Below are positions 9,192-20,293 of a stretch of 64,000 bases of DNA, one piece after another. A program made the position numbers and the translations under genes. How positions within the stretch are numbered: position 1 is the stretch's first letter; every line of letters begins with the position of its first letter. Location of the stretch: sequence record PQ287642.1; one strand, written 5' to 3'. The notes under the pieces were generated by a model, which searched no databases, was not told the origin of the DNA, and worked only from the letters and a program-made list of their open reading frames with translations.

Positions 9192-9496
9192 TTTTCACCT
9201 TTGAATTTCACCGAGTGAGAACCGAATATGAATTCATAATTCTCAGTGTGTTTACGTTCGGTAAGAAGACGAATACTGTTATTGAATTCGTCATATTTGA
9301 CAACAGCTACGACTAGGTTATTACGTTTATCGTAATACTGATAAGTGTTATCATCAGTGTTGATTTCACCCAGTTCGAAAACTTCATCATTTTGCTTAAT
9401 GGCAATCAGTTTACGGGGAGTTGGAATAGTACCGAAGTCGACTTTGTATTTAACCAGCGAATCTTCAGTGGTGCTTTCAGCAACGTAACTAATCAT
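9188..9496 (-). CDS. Hypothetical protein
   Basis: Packed ORF, ATGA overlap. Confidence 0.65.
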   Translation of the reverse strand: MISYVAESTTEDSLVKYKVDFGTIPTPRKLIAIKQNDEVFELGEINTDDNTYQYYDKRNNLVVAVVKYDEFNNSIRLLTERKHTENYEFIFGSHSVKFKGEK

Positions 9497-9759
9497 TTCT
9501 TTTCCTCAGGGTCGTAGGATTTCGGGATACCAGCTACTTCGTAGAAATGATCCCAATATGGACTTTCGTCACGGCGGTGCATATTGAAATTCTGATAATC
9601 CGTACAGATGACTTTAAACCCATCTGCAACTGATTCCACGACCGGCATATTACCAGTGTGACTGTTGTCGATAACGAAGTGGATGTTATTATTGTGTTTG
9701 TACTTCAGATCGAATTCTCGTTTGCGTTCAACAGGGGTATAGCTAATTAAGGATGCCAT
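9493..9759 (-). CDS. Hypothetical protein
   Basis: Packed ORF. Confidence 0.65.
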   Translation of the reverse strand: MASLISYTPVERKREFDLKYKHNNNIHFVIDNSHTGNMPVVESVADGFKVICTDYQNFNMHRRDESPYWDHFYEVAGIPKSYDPEEKK

Positions 9760-9761
9760 GT

Positions 9762-10517
9762 TTATTCCTCAAGACGAAGTTTCCAGAACCCGCCCTCTTC
9801 TTTCCAGGTCTCACGAATAGCGTTGTCAGTACGTTGACCGTCCTTAAACAGCTTCTCTACATTGGACGGGTAAGTATAGTTGTACAACGCAATTGCAAAT
9901 TGGGTTACAGCTACTCGGGCTGGAATAACACCAGTGCCGGTTCCCATCAGGCAACCGAGGACACGGAAAGAATCTTTCTTTTGTTTACCGTACCATTCAC
10001 ACCCAGCAATGCCATCTAGGGCTGCCTTAGAGGCTAGATACGGAACATCCGAACCTTTGGGTAGCCTGCGAGGAACACGCATCGTAGGGGTGTACAGGAG
10101 TGTTGCAGTGATACCATTGAGTTTGGTGAATTGAACGCAAGCACAGGAACCTACGTTTAACTCACCGTTGTAGAAACGATTGATATCGTGAACCACATTT
10201 TTCTGCATGTTAACAAAACGGGCAGCTAGGGCACCATCATATCCACCGGTCATATGCCCGTATGAGTTACCCGCGGTCATGTAGTAGTCAAACTCGTCCG
10301 CGTGGTCTCCGAGTGCATCAAGCGTACCATGAAACACTTTAAGGTCATGTCCAAGTTGCTTGACAAAATCAGAGATAGCTACGAGTTCTTGAAACTCTTC
10401 ATAACTGGGGGTGCAAAATACGAACTCCAGTGGTTTGCGTCCGATATCTACAGTACCAAGAGAAAGACCATCAGCGATCTCTTTATGGATACGGGACATT
10501 ACGAATGGAGATGTCAT
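9762..10517 (-). CDS. Macrodomain (ADP-ribose binding/hydrolase) protein
   Basis: Loop 1 TAGNSYGHMTGGYDGAL and loop 2 MGTGTG match the macrodomain signature. Confidence 0.75.
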   Translation of the reverse strand: MTSPFVMSRIHKEIADGLSLGTVDIGRKPLEFVFCTPSYEEFQELVAISDFVKQLGHDLKVFHGTLDALGDHADEFDYYMTAGNSYGHMTGGYDGALAARFVNMQKNVVHDINRFYNGELNVGSCACVQFTKLNGITATLLYTPTMRVPRRLPKGSDVPYLASKAALDGIAGCEWYGKQKKDSFRVLGCLMGTGTGVIPARVAVTQFAIALYNYTYPSNVEKLFKDGQRTDNAIRETWKEEGGFWKLRLEE

Positions 10518-10548
10518 TTCTATACCTCACGACAAAAAGAAAATAGAT

Positions 10549-10568
10549 GGAGCTCCCGAAGGAGCCCC
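10549..10568 (-). terminator. Intrinsic terminator
   Basis: GGGGCTCC-TTCG-GGAGCTCC then TATTTTCTTTTT. Confidence 0.75.
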
Positions 10569-10601
10569 GGTGCGCTGACCTTTACGATCAACTACATAAT
10601 A

Positions 10602-10850
10602 TTACATTGAAACGCATGACATTTCGCGACGAATGTTTTTATTATCGAATTCGTATTCCAGAACCACACCGGCCTGAGTACGAACGACTTTAACTTTAGT
10701 TCCATTCGCTGCTGTTGTATCTTGAATAGCACCTACAGCTTTCCAACAGGAGTCAATGCTTTCCATCTTAGTGGTGGTTTCAGAAGAACCACCAGCATAA
10801 ATACCAGAGACAATAGTAGTGCTAATGAGAATAGCTCCTGCAAGAGACAT
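10602..10850 (-). CDS. Small exported or membrane-anchored protein
   Basis: N-terminal hydrophobic segment MSLAGAILISTTIVSGIYAGG. Confidence 0.6.
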   Translation of the reverse strand: MSLAGAILISTTIVSGIYAGGSSETTTKMESIDSCWKAVGAIQDTTAANGTKVKVVRTQAGVVLEYEFDNKNIRREMSCVSM

Positions 10851-11647
10851 TACTTTTTACCTCCTTTAATTACGGTAAGCTTCGGCTTGCCTTTATAACG
10901 GGATGGAGCAACATTAACTGGTGCACCGGGAAGATCGCCAAAGTCGAGAAGAGGTTTATCAACAACCTTCAGTTCGGGGGATTTCTTGATCGGACTAACC
11001 TCCACACCAGGTTGATTAGCAATGAAATCTTCAGCTTCTTCCAGTTCTTTTAGTTTCCGAGTATTTGCACGTTCGGAAACATAGGACAAGAACTGAGAGA
11101 ACAAATCGTCATCGTTGCTAACCATGTGCTGTACATGTTCAAGCGCTTTCTCTACGGGAACATCGGTGATTCCCTTCTCTGCCAGCCATGCCATTACATC
11201 TACGATATCAATGCTGACGGTACCAGGCGCACCATTAGCAATATCGCGGAAGGGATGAACATACGTCGGATTCTCGGCATCAAACAAAATCCGATCGACA
11301 TTAGGGAACGGAGAGAACACACTTGCATTCTCAGAGATCTGCACATTCACACCAATGAAAGAATGCCATGGCAGATGCAAACGAGTAGGCATACCCGAGA
11401 AAGCAATTTCACCATAGAAGCAATCACCCGAATAATCAATGTGGCGGCACGCATTTACCGACAGATTGAGAATGATGGTACCATTAGTGGCATTGAAATC
11501 TTTCGAACGCATCATGATTTTACGAAGCGGTTCTGCCAGATAACCTACATCGATAACACAGTCGAAGCGGTACATGTTGTTATCAGCATTCCAGTTGTAG
11601 TATGCTTCAACCAGTTTTTGATTCAGTGCGGAAGTGAGTTTGATCAT
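10850..11647 (-). CDS. sspB: SspB-like ClpXP adaptor
   Basis: AYYNW...NGTIILNLS.NA...AFSG.P..L.LPW resembles the SspB fold; C-terminal PKLTVIK resembles the E. coli ClpX-binding tail RPALRVVK. Confidence 0.7.
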   Translation of the reverse strand: MIKLTSALNQKLVEAYYNWNADNNMYRFDCVIDVGYLAEPLRKIMMRSKDFNATNGTIILNLSVNACRHIDYSGDCFYGEIAFSGMPTRLHLPWHSFIGVNVQISENASVFSPFPNVDRILFDAENPTYVHPFRDIANGAPGTVSIDIVDVMAWLAEKGITDVPVEKALEHVQHMVSNDDDLFSQFLSYVSERANTRKLKELEEAEDFIANQPGVEVSPIKKSPELKVVDKPLLDFGDLPGAPVNVAPSRYKGKPKLTVIKGGKK

Positions 11648-11661
11648 TTTGAGTCTCCAGA

Positions 11662-12093
11662 TTAAAGGAATCGTTCAGTGATAGAAGTGATCAGTTTCTT
11701 TTCTTTATTGAGAGAAGACATGTGATCACGGTATTTCTTGAAGTAACCTACATCTTCAGGACCATTTGCCATTTTGGGATTGGCCGTGAGTATGTGATGG
11801 ATCTGGGTACCCGTATAGACACTAATGTTCCATGTCTTGGATTCCGAGATTATTTTCTTTACAGCTGCATTAGACTCATCGCTATCTTCAATGAGATAAG
11901 CATCGATGGATTGACTAACCGATCGGCTGAATTCATCGAGAGCACTAAGATCACCTTTGGGAAGGTTAGCATGTACTTCTTTGAGTTCTTTTAAAGTACG
12001 CGGTGCTACACCCGGAACCCAACGATTGGTAATAACATCACCATCAAGTTCATGACGTGGTTGCAGCTCATTGGGTTTCTGGAATGGATACAT
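11662..12093 (-). CDS. Hypothetical protein
   Basis: ORF with GAGG RBS. Confidence 0.65.
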   Translation of the reverse strand: MYPFQKPNELQPRHELDGDVITNRWVPGVAPRTLKELKEVHANLPKGDLSALDEFSRSVSQSIDAYLIEDSDESNAAVKKIISESKTWNISVYTGTQIHHILTANPKMANGPEDVGYFKKYRDHMSSLNKEKKLITSITERFL

Positions 12094-12100
12094 GATTACC

Positions 12101-12616
12101 TCAACGGAACATGTTCTTTATGAAATTCCATGGCTTAAGATACCATGGAGTTGTCGACGCATAGACTACACCAGGTTCGTTCGAAAGTAAGTTTAGATTG
12201 CCATTGCCATCACAGATATAAATTTTCCCTTCACCAATAACAACATCGTCTTTTACTGGAGTTTCTCCATTAGGACGAATAGTAACACCTCGTGAAGAAC
12301 TTTTGTAGTAATCGTTGATAGCTTCCGCTTCAAGCTGTACGAAGACATTGTTCATGATCACACATATTTCTTTGTCCAGTTCTTCCAGTCGATGATCGAA
12401 TGAATCCTCGTCACCACCACTTACAACGAAGACATCTGGAATGACAAATAGATCTTTGAATAAAATACCATCAATATGCAACCTGGGTCTACCTATTACA
12501 TCACCAAAGAACAAAAATGCTCGGTGGCGACACAGTTGTAAATGTTCGCGATGCTGTTTTCTCAGTTCCTTATAGAACTTCCAATTAGTGAAAGATTCCG
12601 CAGATATAAAAGACAT
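12101..12616 (-). CDS. Hypothetical protein
   Basis: Start moved to MSFISA (GAGG RBS), downstream of early promoter. Confidence 0.7.
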   Translation of the reverse strand: MSFISAESFTNWKFYKELRKQHREHLQLCRHRAFLFFGDVIGRPRLHIDGILFKDLFVIPDVFVVSGGDEDSFDHRLEELDKEICVIMNNVFVQLEAEAINDYYKSSSRGVTIRPNGETPVKDDVVIGEGKIYICDGNGNLNLLSNEPGVVYASTTPWYLKPWNFIKNMFR

Positions 12617-12653
12617 TGATTTTCCTCGTTGGGTGTGTAGGGGGATCAAACAC

Positions 12654-12678
12654 ATGATGTAGATCTGAGATATTTTTT
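12654..12678 (-). promoter_or_regulatory. Early-type promoter (AAAAAATATCTCAGATCTACATCAT)
   Basis: Variant of the recurring motif, located just after a terminator. Confidence 0.6.
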
Positions 12679-12707
12679 AGCGTAAGTAAAATAAAAAACG
12701 ACATATA

Positions 12708-12727
12708 GCCCTCCCCGAAGGGAGGGC
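12708..12727 (-). terminator. Intrinsic terminator
   Basis: GCCCTCCC-TTCG-GGGAGGGC followed by TATATGTCGTTTTTT. Confidence 0.85.
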
Positions 12728-12738
12728 CAAATGTACCA

Positions 12739-13104
12739 TTACCTAATCACGACCATTTTGCCGTAATCTTCAGACATGCATGAATCAAACGATGCCATGT
12801 ATGCGTCTCGCGGACTATCCTTAGCGTCGTATATACCACGGACGTCTTGAATAGCTTTGGGCAGGATTTTGTAAAGAACGTTATCTTTGTCCTTCACACC
12901 GTATCCCTTTAGGGCAAGGAGGTTCTGTTTCCATTTTGCAATGGGTTCAGAACGGCCGCGGGCTTCTGCTGTAGCATGAGCAGCTAGTGCTAGTGCTTCA
13001 CAATAAACCTCATCGACACGCACCTCTGTAGCTTCAGCTTGCAGTGGAACCATTAAGATTCCAGCTACAACCATTAGCCGCATTACGTGTGTAAAACATT
13101 GCAT
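12739..13104 (-). CDS. Predicted exported protein with signal peptide
   Basis: MQCFTHVMRLMVVAGILMVPLQAEA has an AxA cleavage motif; one Cys pair. Confidence 0.65.
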   Translation of the reverse strand: MQCFTHVMRLMVVAGILMVPLQAEATEVRVDEVYCEALALAAHATAEARGRSEPIAKWKQNLLALKGYGVKDKDNVLYKILPKAIQDVRGIYDAKDSPRDAYMASFDSCMSEDYGKMVVIR

Positions 13105-13156
13105 CACGTTGGTACCTTTGGTTGTTAGGTCAGAATATAATACACTACAGCGTATC

Positions 13157-13657
13157 TTATTCTTTCTTTGGGGTAGCCTCATTAACGTCGATGAAGACAA
13201 TGGAATACATCTTAGTTCCATTGGGTGTCCCATCTGTAATAAGTTCAATGAATGTATTCTCGTCTCCAAATATGACATTAGAGTTGTTACTCTCGAAATA
13301 TTCTTTAACGTTCTCAACCATTGAATTTATAGCATGTTCAGTCAGAAGACCCCTACCATTTATTCCATAGAGCTGACTTGTTGTTTCGTAAACAATGGAT
13401 CTAGGGTCATCATAACCAGAAACATCGGCGGATACCATAAAACGAATTAGTTCTGGATCCGACTTTGCAGTTGATGGAATCCACTCGCAGTTATTATTGA
13501 ACCACTCAATAAACTGCGTATATAGACTTGACCCTTTCTCGATGGAGAGTGAATTAGATTCTGTATGCTGTTGTATGAATGTCACGAGTTTGTGATACTG
13601 AATAACAGCAGTGCAGAACGACAGGCCGTGCGAGAATTGATGAATGTTTACGGACAT
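13157..13657 (-). CDS. Hypothetical protein
   Basis: ORF with AGGAG RBS. Confidence 0.7.
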   Translation of the reverse strand: MSVNIHQFSHGLSFCTAVIQYHKLVTFIQQHTESNSLSIEKGSSLYTQFIEWFNNNCEWIPSTAKSDPELIRFMVSADVSGYDDPRSIVYETTSQLYGINGRGLLTEHAINSMVENVKEYFESNNSNVIFGDENTFIELITDGTPNGTKMYSIVFIDVNEATPKKE

Positions 13658-13665
13658 ATGCTCTC

Positions 13666-13830
13666 CTAGGACTTGCGATTAACTTTACGTTGCAAACTAG
13701 CCAATGCTGTCTGCTGGCGTTCGATGATCCGTCTTGATTCACTTAGCATTTTTACTATAGATTCAAACTGGATCGCCATATCGTCTAAACGCTGCTCTAG
13801 TAGAGCTATACGTTCACTCTTATCACCCAT
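13666..13830 (-). CDS. 54-aa coiled-coil protein missed by the ORF track (MGDKSERIALLEQRLDD...)
   Basis: TAATG coupling to upstream gene, AAAGG RBS, heptad pattern. Confidence 0.6.
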   Translation of the reverse strand: MGDKSERIALLEQRLDDMAIQFESIVKMLSESRRIIERQQTALASLQRKVNRKS

Positions 13831-14255
13831 TAAAGTTTACCTTTATAGTGAATGTCGCCATGATGGGTATTGTTCCGATACAGCAGAGCTGGATCAGGTT
13901 CTCGATTTGCGATAATTAAATTGAATTCCATCGTGAAACGGTTTTTCATATATCGCTCAGAAACTTCAACAACATAAGTATCTGCAATGGTGTCGATTTT
14001 TACAGTAGCTACAAGTTTAGGCGTACTATTACGAAGCTTATCCCAAACCTCGAACGTAAGATTGTTTTCGTATCGAGCAGTTGTAGGTATTGTCTTGAAT
14101 TCGAAAACGTTTAATCCATCTGGAGTGAAGACAGCTACTGGTACTAGCCAAAACACCTCAGTTAATTTTAAGTTACCATCACGTGAATAGAAGAACTGCT
14201 TCAAGTCCCCTTTTACCCCGTGGTACATTGGTATAATAACACGTTGTGCCGACAT
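13830..14255 (-). CDS. Hypothetical protein (tandem paralog candidate)
   Basis: Start MSAQR coupled to the upstream stop. Confidence 0.65.
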   Translation of the reverse strand: MSAQRVIIPMYHGVKGDLKQFFYSRDGNLKLTEVFWLVPVAVFTPDGLNVFEFKTIPTTARYENNLTFEVWDKLRNSTPKLVATVKIDTIADTYVVEVSERYMKNRFTMEFNLIIANREPDPALLYRNNTHHGDIHYKGKL

Positions 14256-14650
14256 TATAATTGCTCCGATCCCGACCAATTACGTTTAGATGTATCCTGT
14301 ACTATCTTAAGACGTAGCTTAAAATTAGGCATGTTCCAACGCGTAATAGGTTTCTTCCAATATATACGTTTCTTATCGAGTTCAACATGCAGCTCGACTA
14401 AGACACGGTTTCTTTGTTTTTCGAAGATGGTGAAACAGACATGTCTTGGTTTTTCTAACCAAGTTTCTTTATAAAACTTTAGTGTGTCTGCATCTTTTTG
14501 TGTATCACCGTTGATAATACTTTCAATATCTACGTCTGTGAATTCCAATGCTTCAATACCATTCTTACGAAGTGATTTAAAGCGCTCAGAATAGGTTCCA
14601 CGGAAATAGTATTCAAGATCAACAAACACGGAGTTTAATCGAGTACTCAT
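14255..14650 (-). CDS. Hypothetical protein (tandem paralog candidate)
   Basis: GAGG RBS; ORF. Confidence 0.7.
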   Translation of the reverse strand: MSTRLNSVFVDLEYYFRGTYSERFKSLRKNGIEALEFTDVDIESIINGDTQKDADTLKFYKETWLEKPRHVCFTIFEKQRNRVLVELHVELDKKRIYWKKPITRWNMPNFKLRLKIVQDTSKRNWSGSEQL

Positions 14651-14716
14651 ATATCCTCAGATTGTAATAATCTACAGGATTGGTTAGGAAAATAAAAAAA
14701 GGCATAAAGCCTCCCC

Positions 14717-15049
14717 TTAGGGAAGCGATATGCCAGATGGTGTTTTGATATGAATAAAACGTTTTCTTAACCCGGCAATGAAGAATGGATCGCCAGCAAA
14801 ACGACCTGTTGCTGAGTTGTATCTAAACCAATACCGTTTGAACTTTAGGAAGCGACGGCAGTTCGGTTTAGCCTGAATTGTAACTAACCATTCATCATCG
14901 AACAAGTCATCCAACTCGACTGTAATGGAATAGGTATTGTCAACCCTACCTTTACGGTCTAGTATCGATATACAGTCTGTTAGATCGCCATATTTAAAAA
15001 TAACATGCTCGAAGTTATTGTCTAAACTAAGCGGTATAGTTAGTTCCAT
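14717..15049 (-). CDS. Hypothetical protein
   Basis: GGAGG RBS; terminator-like hairpin at 14709-14726. Confidence 0.65.
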   Translation of the reverse strand: MELTIPLSLDNNFEHVIFKYGDLTDCISILDRKGRVDNTYSITVELDDLFDDEWLVTIQAKPNCRRFLKFKRYWFRYNSATGRFAGDPFFIAGLRKRFIHIKTPSGISLP

Positions 15050-15377
15050 TATCAACCTCCAAATCGAATGTTACGGAAATAAACCGTGTTCGATAACTTG
15101 GACTTACAAAGGTTTCAAAATGGTTTGAACCATACTGAAGTTCGATATAAGCAACGACAATACCTTGTTGATCACGCGGAACAATAAAGATAGTGTCAAC
15201 CAAACCATCTATATTTTTTGACCGACTGATAGACCAGTTAAACTCGTCTGTAACTTTATTATCAGAGAGGATCTCTACTCGTGTTATTGCCTGTTGTAGA
15301 GTGAGATCCAATTCTTCTGTAAACAGGGAGTTCAACTTCCCTCTGTAAACCGTAAATAAATCGATGTGTGTTTGCAT
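15027..15377 (-). CDS. Hypothetical protein
   Basis: GAGG RBS; ORF. Confidence 0.65.
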   Translation of the reverse strand: MQTHIDLFTVYRGKLNSLFTEELDLTLQQAITRVEILSDNKVTDEFNWSISRSKNIDGLVDTIFIVPRDQQGIVVAYIELQYGSNHFETFVSPSYRTRFISVTFDLEVDNGTNYTA

Positions 15378-15423
15378 AGCTGAGTCCTCGATAGTTCATT
15401 ATAGTACCCAGCTCAAGCTGGGA

Positions 15424-15525
15424 TTATTTTTGTATGGTGGTGTCTTTAAAAACCATGGAGCCAATTAGAGTAAGTGCTGAGGCGCGCCCTGGATTACCTG
15501 ATTCGACAATAAGAATGTCTCTCAC
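15424..15525 (-). CDS. Possible 33-aa microprotein (MRDILIVESGNPGRASALTLIGSMVFKDTTIQK)
   Basis: GTGA overlap with the upstream stop; ends just before a hairpin. Confidence 0.35.
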   Translation of the reverse strand: MRDILIVESGNPGRASALTLIGSMVFKDTTIQK

Positions 15526-15914
15526 AGTGTGTCACCCATCGCTACACCGACGTAATGATTCATTAGCGGCGCCTTAAAGTACATGTTGTTGGCACTCTTC
15601 ATTTTGTTTTTGAATTGGTCAATGATTACACGTTCATCTTCGCCATTTGCTTCGACCAGATACATCCTGAGATCATAGATCCATTTAAGGATGTCATTTT
15701 GGTCTTGTTCCTTTTTATGACGTTTCTTCCCAATTCGTTTCTTTAGGAAGATACTGCTTCGACGTGGCTTTAGTTTACGAGAGAAAGGAATAGTTTTGAT
15801 TACCCCGTTCTCATCAATGACCTTCATCCCTTCTGCAATGACATCCATGTAATAGTCATTGTGCAGAGCTATCTGTTGATGCATATTGTTCATAGCTTCT
15901 TTATGATCGTACAT
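15522..15914 (-). CDS. Hypothetical basic protein
   Basis: ORF with AAGGA RBS. Confidence 0.65.
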   Translation of the reverse strand: MYDHKEAMNNMHQQIALHNDYYMDVIAEGMKVIDENGVIKTIPFSRKLKPRRSSIFLKKRIGKKRHKKEQDQNDILKWIYDLRMYLVEANGEDERVIIDQFKNKMKSANNMYFKAPLMNHYVGVAMGDTL

Positions 15915-16000
15915 TCCTATTTCCTTTAAATAGCATAGACAACATATTACCCCATCCTATCCGGAAGGAGTAATATGCCATTTCGGTTTGAGGGTGTTGC

Positions 16001-16489
16001 TTACAAATTTGCTTCCCAGGGTGACGGTTCTGGTCTACCCTTATCGAGTTCATGCAATTGTTTCCTAACAGCAAAACGTACTCGACTATACCATAGGTAC
16101 ACATTTTCCGGCATAAAAGACGAGAGTTCTTTAGCTAAGAGTATTGCATATCTTTGAGCTGCGGCATTTTCTTGCGTATATGCTAACGAGAAAATCTTCG
16201 CCAATACATCGGTATTACGATGCCATTCGCGGAGCTCTCTTGCAATAATGTCGCAGTTACGATTATCTCCAATTGACTCGATTAGGAAACGTGTGAATTC
16301 ATCACCTAGTCCAATACTAACATTAGTCAAGAAGTCAATCAGAGCAATAGACTCTTTCATTTTATTAGGGTTGAACAACTTCCGCTTAGGATCAAGTCTT
16401 TGTAGTCTAAACCACATCGCTTGTGTACCTTCACGATGTAGTGAATGCACTTGACGGAAACCCCGCCACATCTTAAATAATCCAATCAT
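16001..16489 (-). CDS. Hypothetical protein
   Basis: GAGG RBS; ORF. Confidence 0.65.
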   Translation of the reverse strand: MIGLFKMWRGFRQVHSLHREGTQAMWFRLQRLDPKRKLFNPNKMKESIALIDFLTNVSIGLGDEFTRFLIESIGDNRNCDIIARELREWHRNTDVLAKIFSLAYTQENAAAQRYAILLAKELSSFMPENVYLWYSRVRFAVRKQLHELDKGRPEPSPWEANL

Positions 16490-16506
16490 CAGGACCTCAC
16501 GGAATA

Positions 16507-16530
16507 TAGCCTGTCCCGATGGACAGGCTA
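16507..16530. terminator. Hairpin terminator
   Basis: TAGCCTGTCC-CGAT-GGACAGGCTA. Confidence 0.65.
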
Positions 16531-16533
16531 TTT

Positions 16534-16743
16534 TTATTTAACTGCACGTGCAAGGTTGTAGTCAGCATGGAAATTAGCGTCTGCAAGTTTCCATTCCAAC
16601 GAACGATCTACAGGGTTACTATAGAATCCTGCTCGTCGAGCTTTTGCTTTAACGATGGGGTCAACTATCTGGACTCGGGTAATGAAAGCCAATACCCAGA
16701 GTACCCGTTTAGCTATTACTTTAACCAATCGCAGCTTTTTCAT
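16534..16743 (-). CDS. Small hypothetical protein
   Basis: GAGG RBS; basic/hydrophobic N-terminus. Confidence 0.55.
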   Translation of the reverse strand: MKKLRLVKVIAKRVLWVLAFITRVQIVDPIVKAKARRAGFYSNPVDRSLEWKLADANFHADYNLARAVK

Positions 16744-16779
16744 TATTGAGACCTCGACCGACCCTAATGGAAGGGGAAC

Positions 16780-17031
16780 TTACAGCGCTTTCAACGCTTG
16801 CTGATGTTCCCATACGATGGTCTTATATTCAACCTCAAGTTCTACACGGGCGTCATTAGAAATGCTGATATCTTTAGCATTCCCAACTACACGACCTTTA
16901 CGTACAGTCAGACCCCATTTATCGATCTTGTCAAGGAAAGCCTTAACATCTTTACGGTGTTTTTCTTCCAGCTTGGCAATCCGAATAGAACGAACATGGT
17001 TACGGAACCATTCTTTGATAGACGCGAACAT
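16780..17031 (-). CDS. Small hypothetical protein
   Basis: AGGAG RBS. Confidence 0.65.
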   Translation of the reverse strand: MFASIKEWFRNHVRSIRIAKLEEKHRKDVKAFLDKIDKWGLTVRKGRVVGNAKDISISNDARVELEVEYKTIVWEHQQALKAL

Positions 17032-17049
17032 TGTAATCTCCTAGGATAA

Positions 17050-19639
<2,590 letters not shown>

Positions 19640-19668
19640 AAACAAATCTCCGATAGTTATACATTTTG

Positions 19669-19692
19669 ATAATGTAGATCTGAGAAAAAATA
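19669..19692 (-). promoter_or_regulatory. Early-type promoter (TTTTTTCTCAGATCTACATTAT)
   Basis: Recurring motif downstream of a terminator. Confidence 0.6.
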
Positions 19693-19705
19693 AAAAGAAA
19701 GCAAA

Positions 19706-19729
19706 TGCTCCTACCCGAAGGTAGGAGCA
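19706..19729 (-). terminator. Intrinsic terminator
   Basis: TGCTCCTACC-TTCG-GGTAGGAGCA followed by a T-rich tract. Confidence 0.85.
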
Positions 19730-19736
19730 CTATGTT

Positions 19737-20204
19737 TTAAACCTTTACACGGAACTTAGAATCATAGAGATCTTGGAACTCTTTGATCATTGCCCGTTGA
19801 GTCGGTGTCTCAGTTGCATCATTAAAGAACTCATCAGCGAATTCTTTCTTCTTGCGAACTTCACAACCAAACAGTTCAAGACCGAGACAATCAAGTTTAT
19901 TTTTAAAGTGACCCAGTTCAGACAAACCAGATTGGTCCGGCTTGGAGACCTCTTTCTGCCCCTCGGGTTTAACGCGGAAATCCGTTACTTGGGCGTAGCG
20001 AATTTCCTTTTCAGGTGCAGGACGATGTACCGGATCTTTCTTCTTGTTCTTCACTCGCTTAGGTACTGTAGGCATCGGAAGAACAGTTTTAGGTACAGCT
20101 ACAGGCTCTGCCTTCTTCTTTTCTTTCTTGGGTGCCGGTACAGTTGCAATAGGACCTTGAGCAGCAATAAGGTCTTTAAGCGAGTTGAATTTAACGCGTG
20201 CCAT
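19737..20204 (-). CDS. Hypothetical Lys/Pro-rich protein
   Basis: AGGAG RBS; low-complexity basic N-terminal half. Confidence 0.7.
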   Translation of the reverse strand: MARVKFNSLKDLIAAQGPIATVPAPKKEKKKAEPVAVPKTVLPMPTVPKRVKNKKKDPVHRPAPEKEIRYAQVTDFRVKPEGQKEVSKPDQSGLSELGHFKNKLDCLGLELFGCEVRKKKEFADEFFNDATETPTQRAMIKEFQDLYDSKFRVKV

Positions 20205-20242
20205 GCTTGTATTCTCCTATTGGTGGTTTGTAGTTCACATTT

Positions 20243-20250
20243 GTAATATA
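20243..20250 (-). promoter_or_regulatory. TATATTAC early promoter core
   Basis: Exact TATATTAC in an AT-rich intergenic gap. Confidence 0.5.
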
Positions 20251-20293
20251 GCCTTTAAAAAGGCTTAAATGTAAACCAAACCACCTTAATAAA

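Noticed and set aside
15430-15520. tRNA-like sequence (GTCGAATC on minus strand)
   Set aside because: No cloverleaf or acceptor stem; a short coupled ORF explains it better. No convincing tRNA seen in the window
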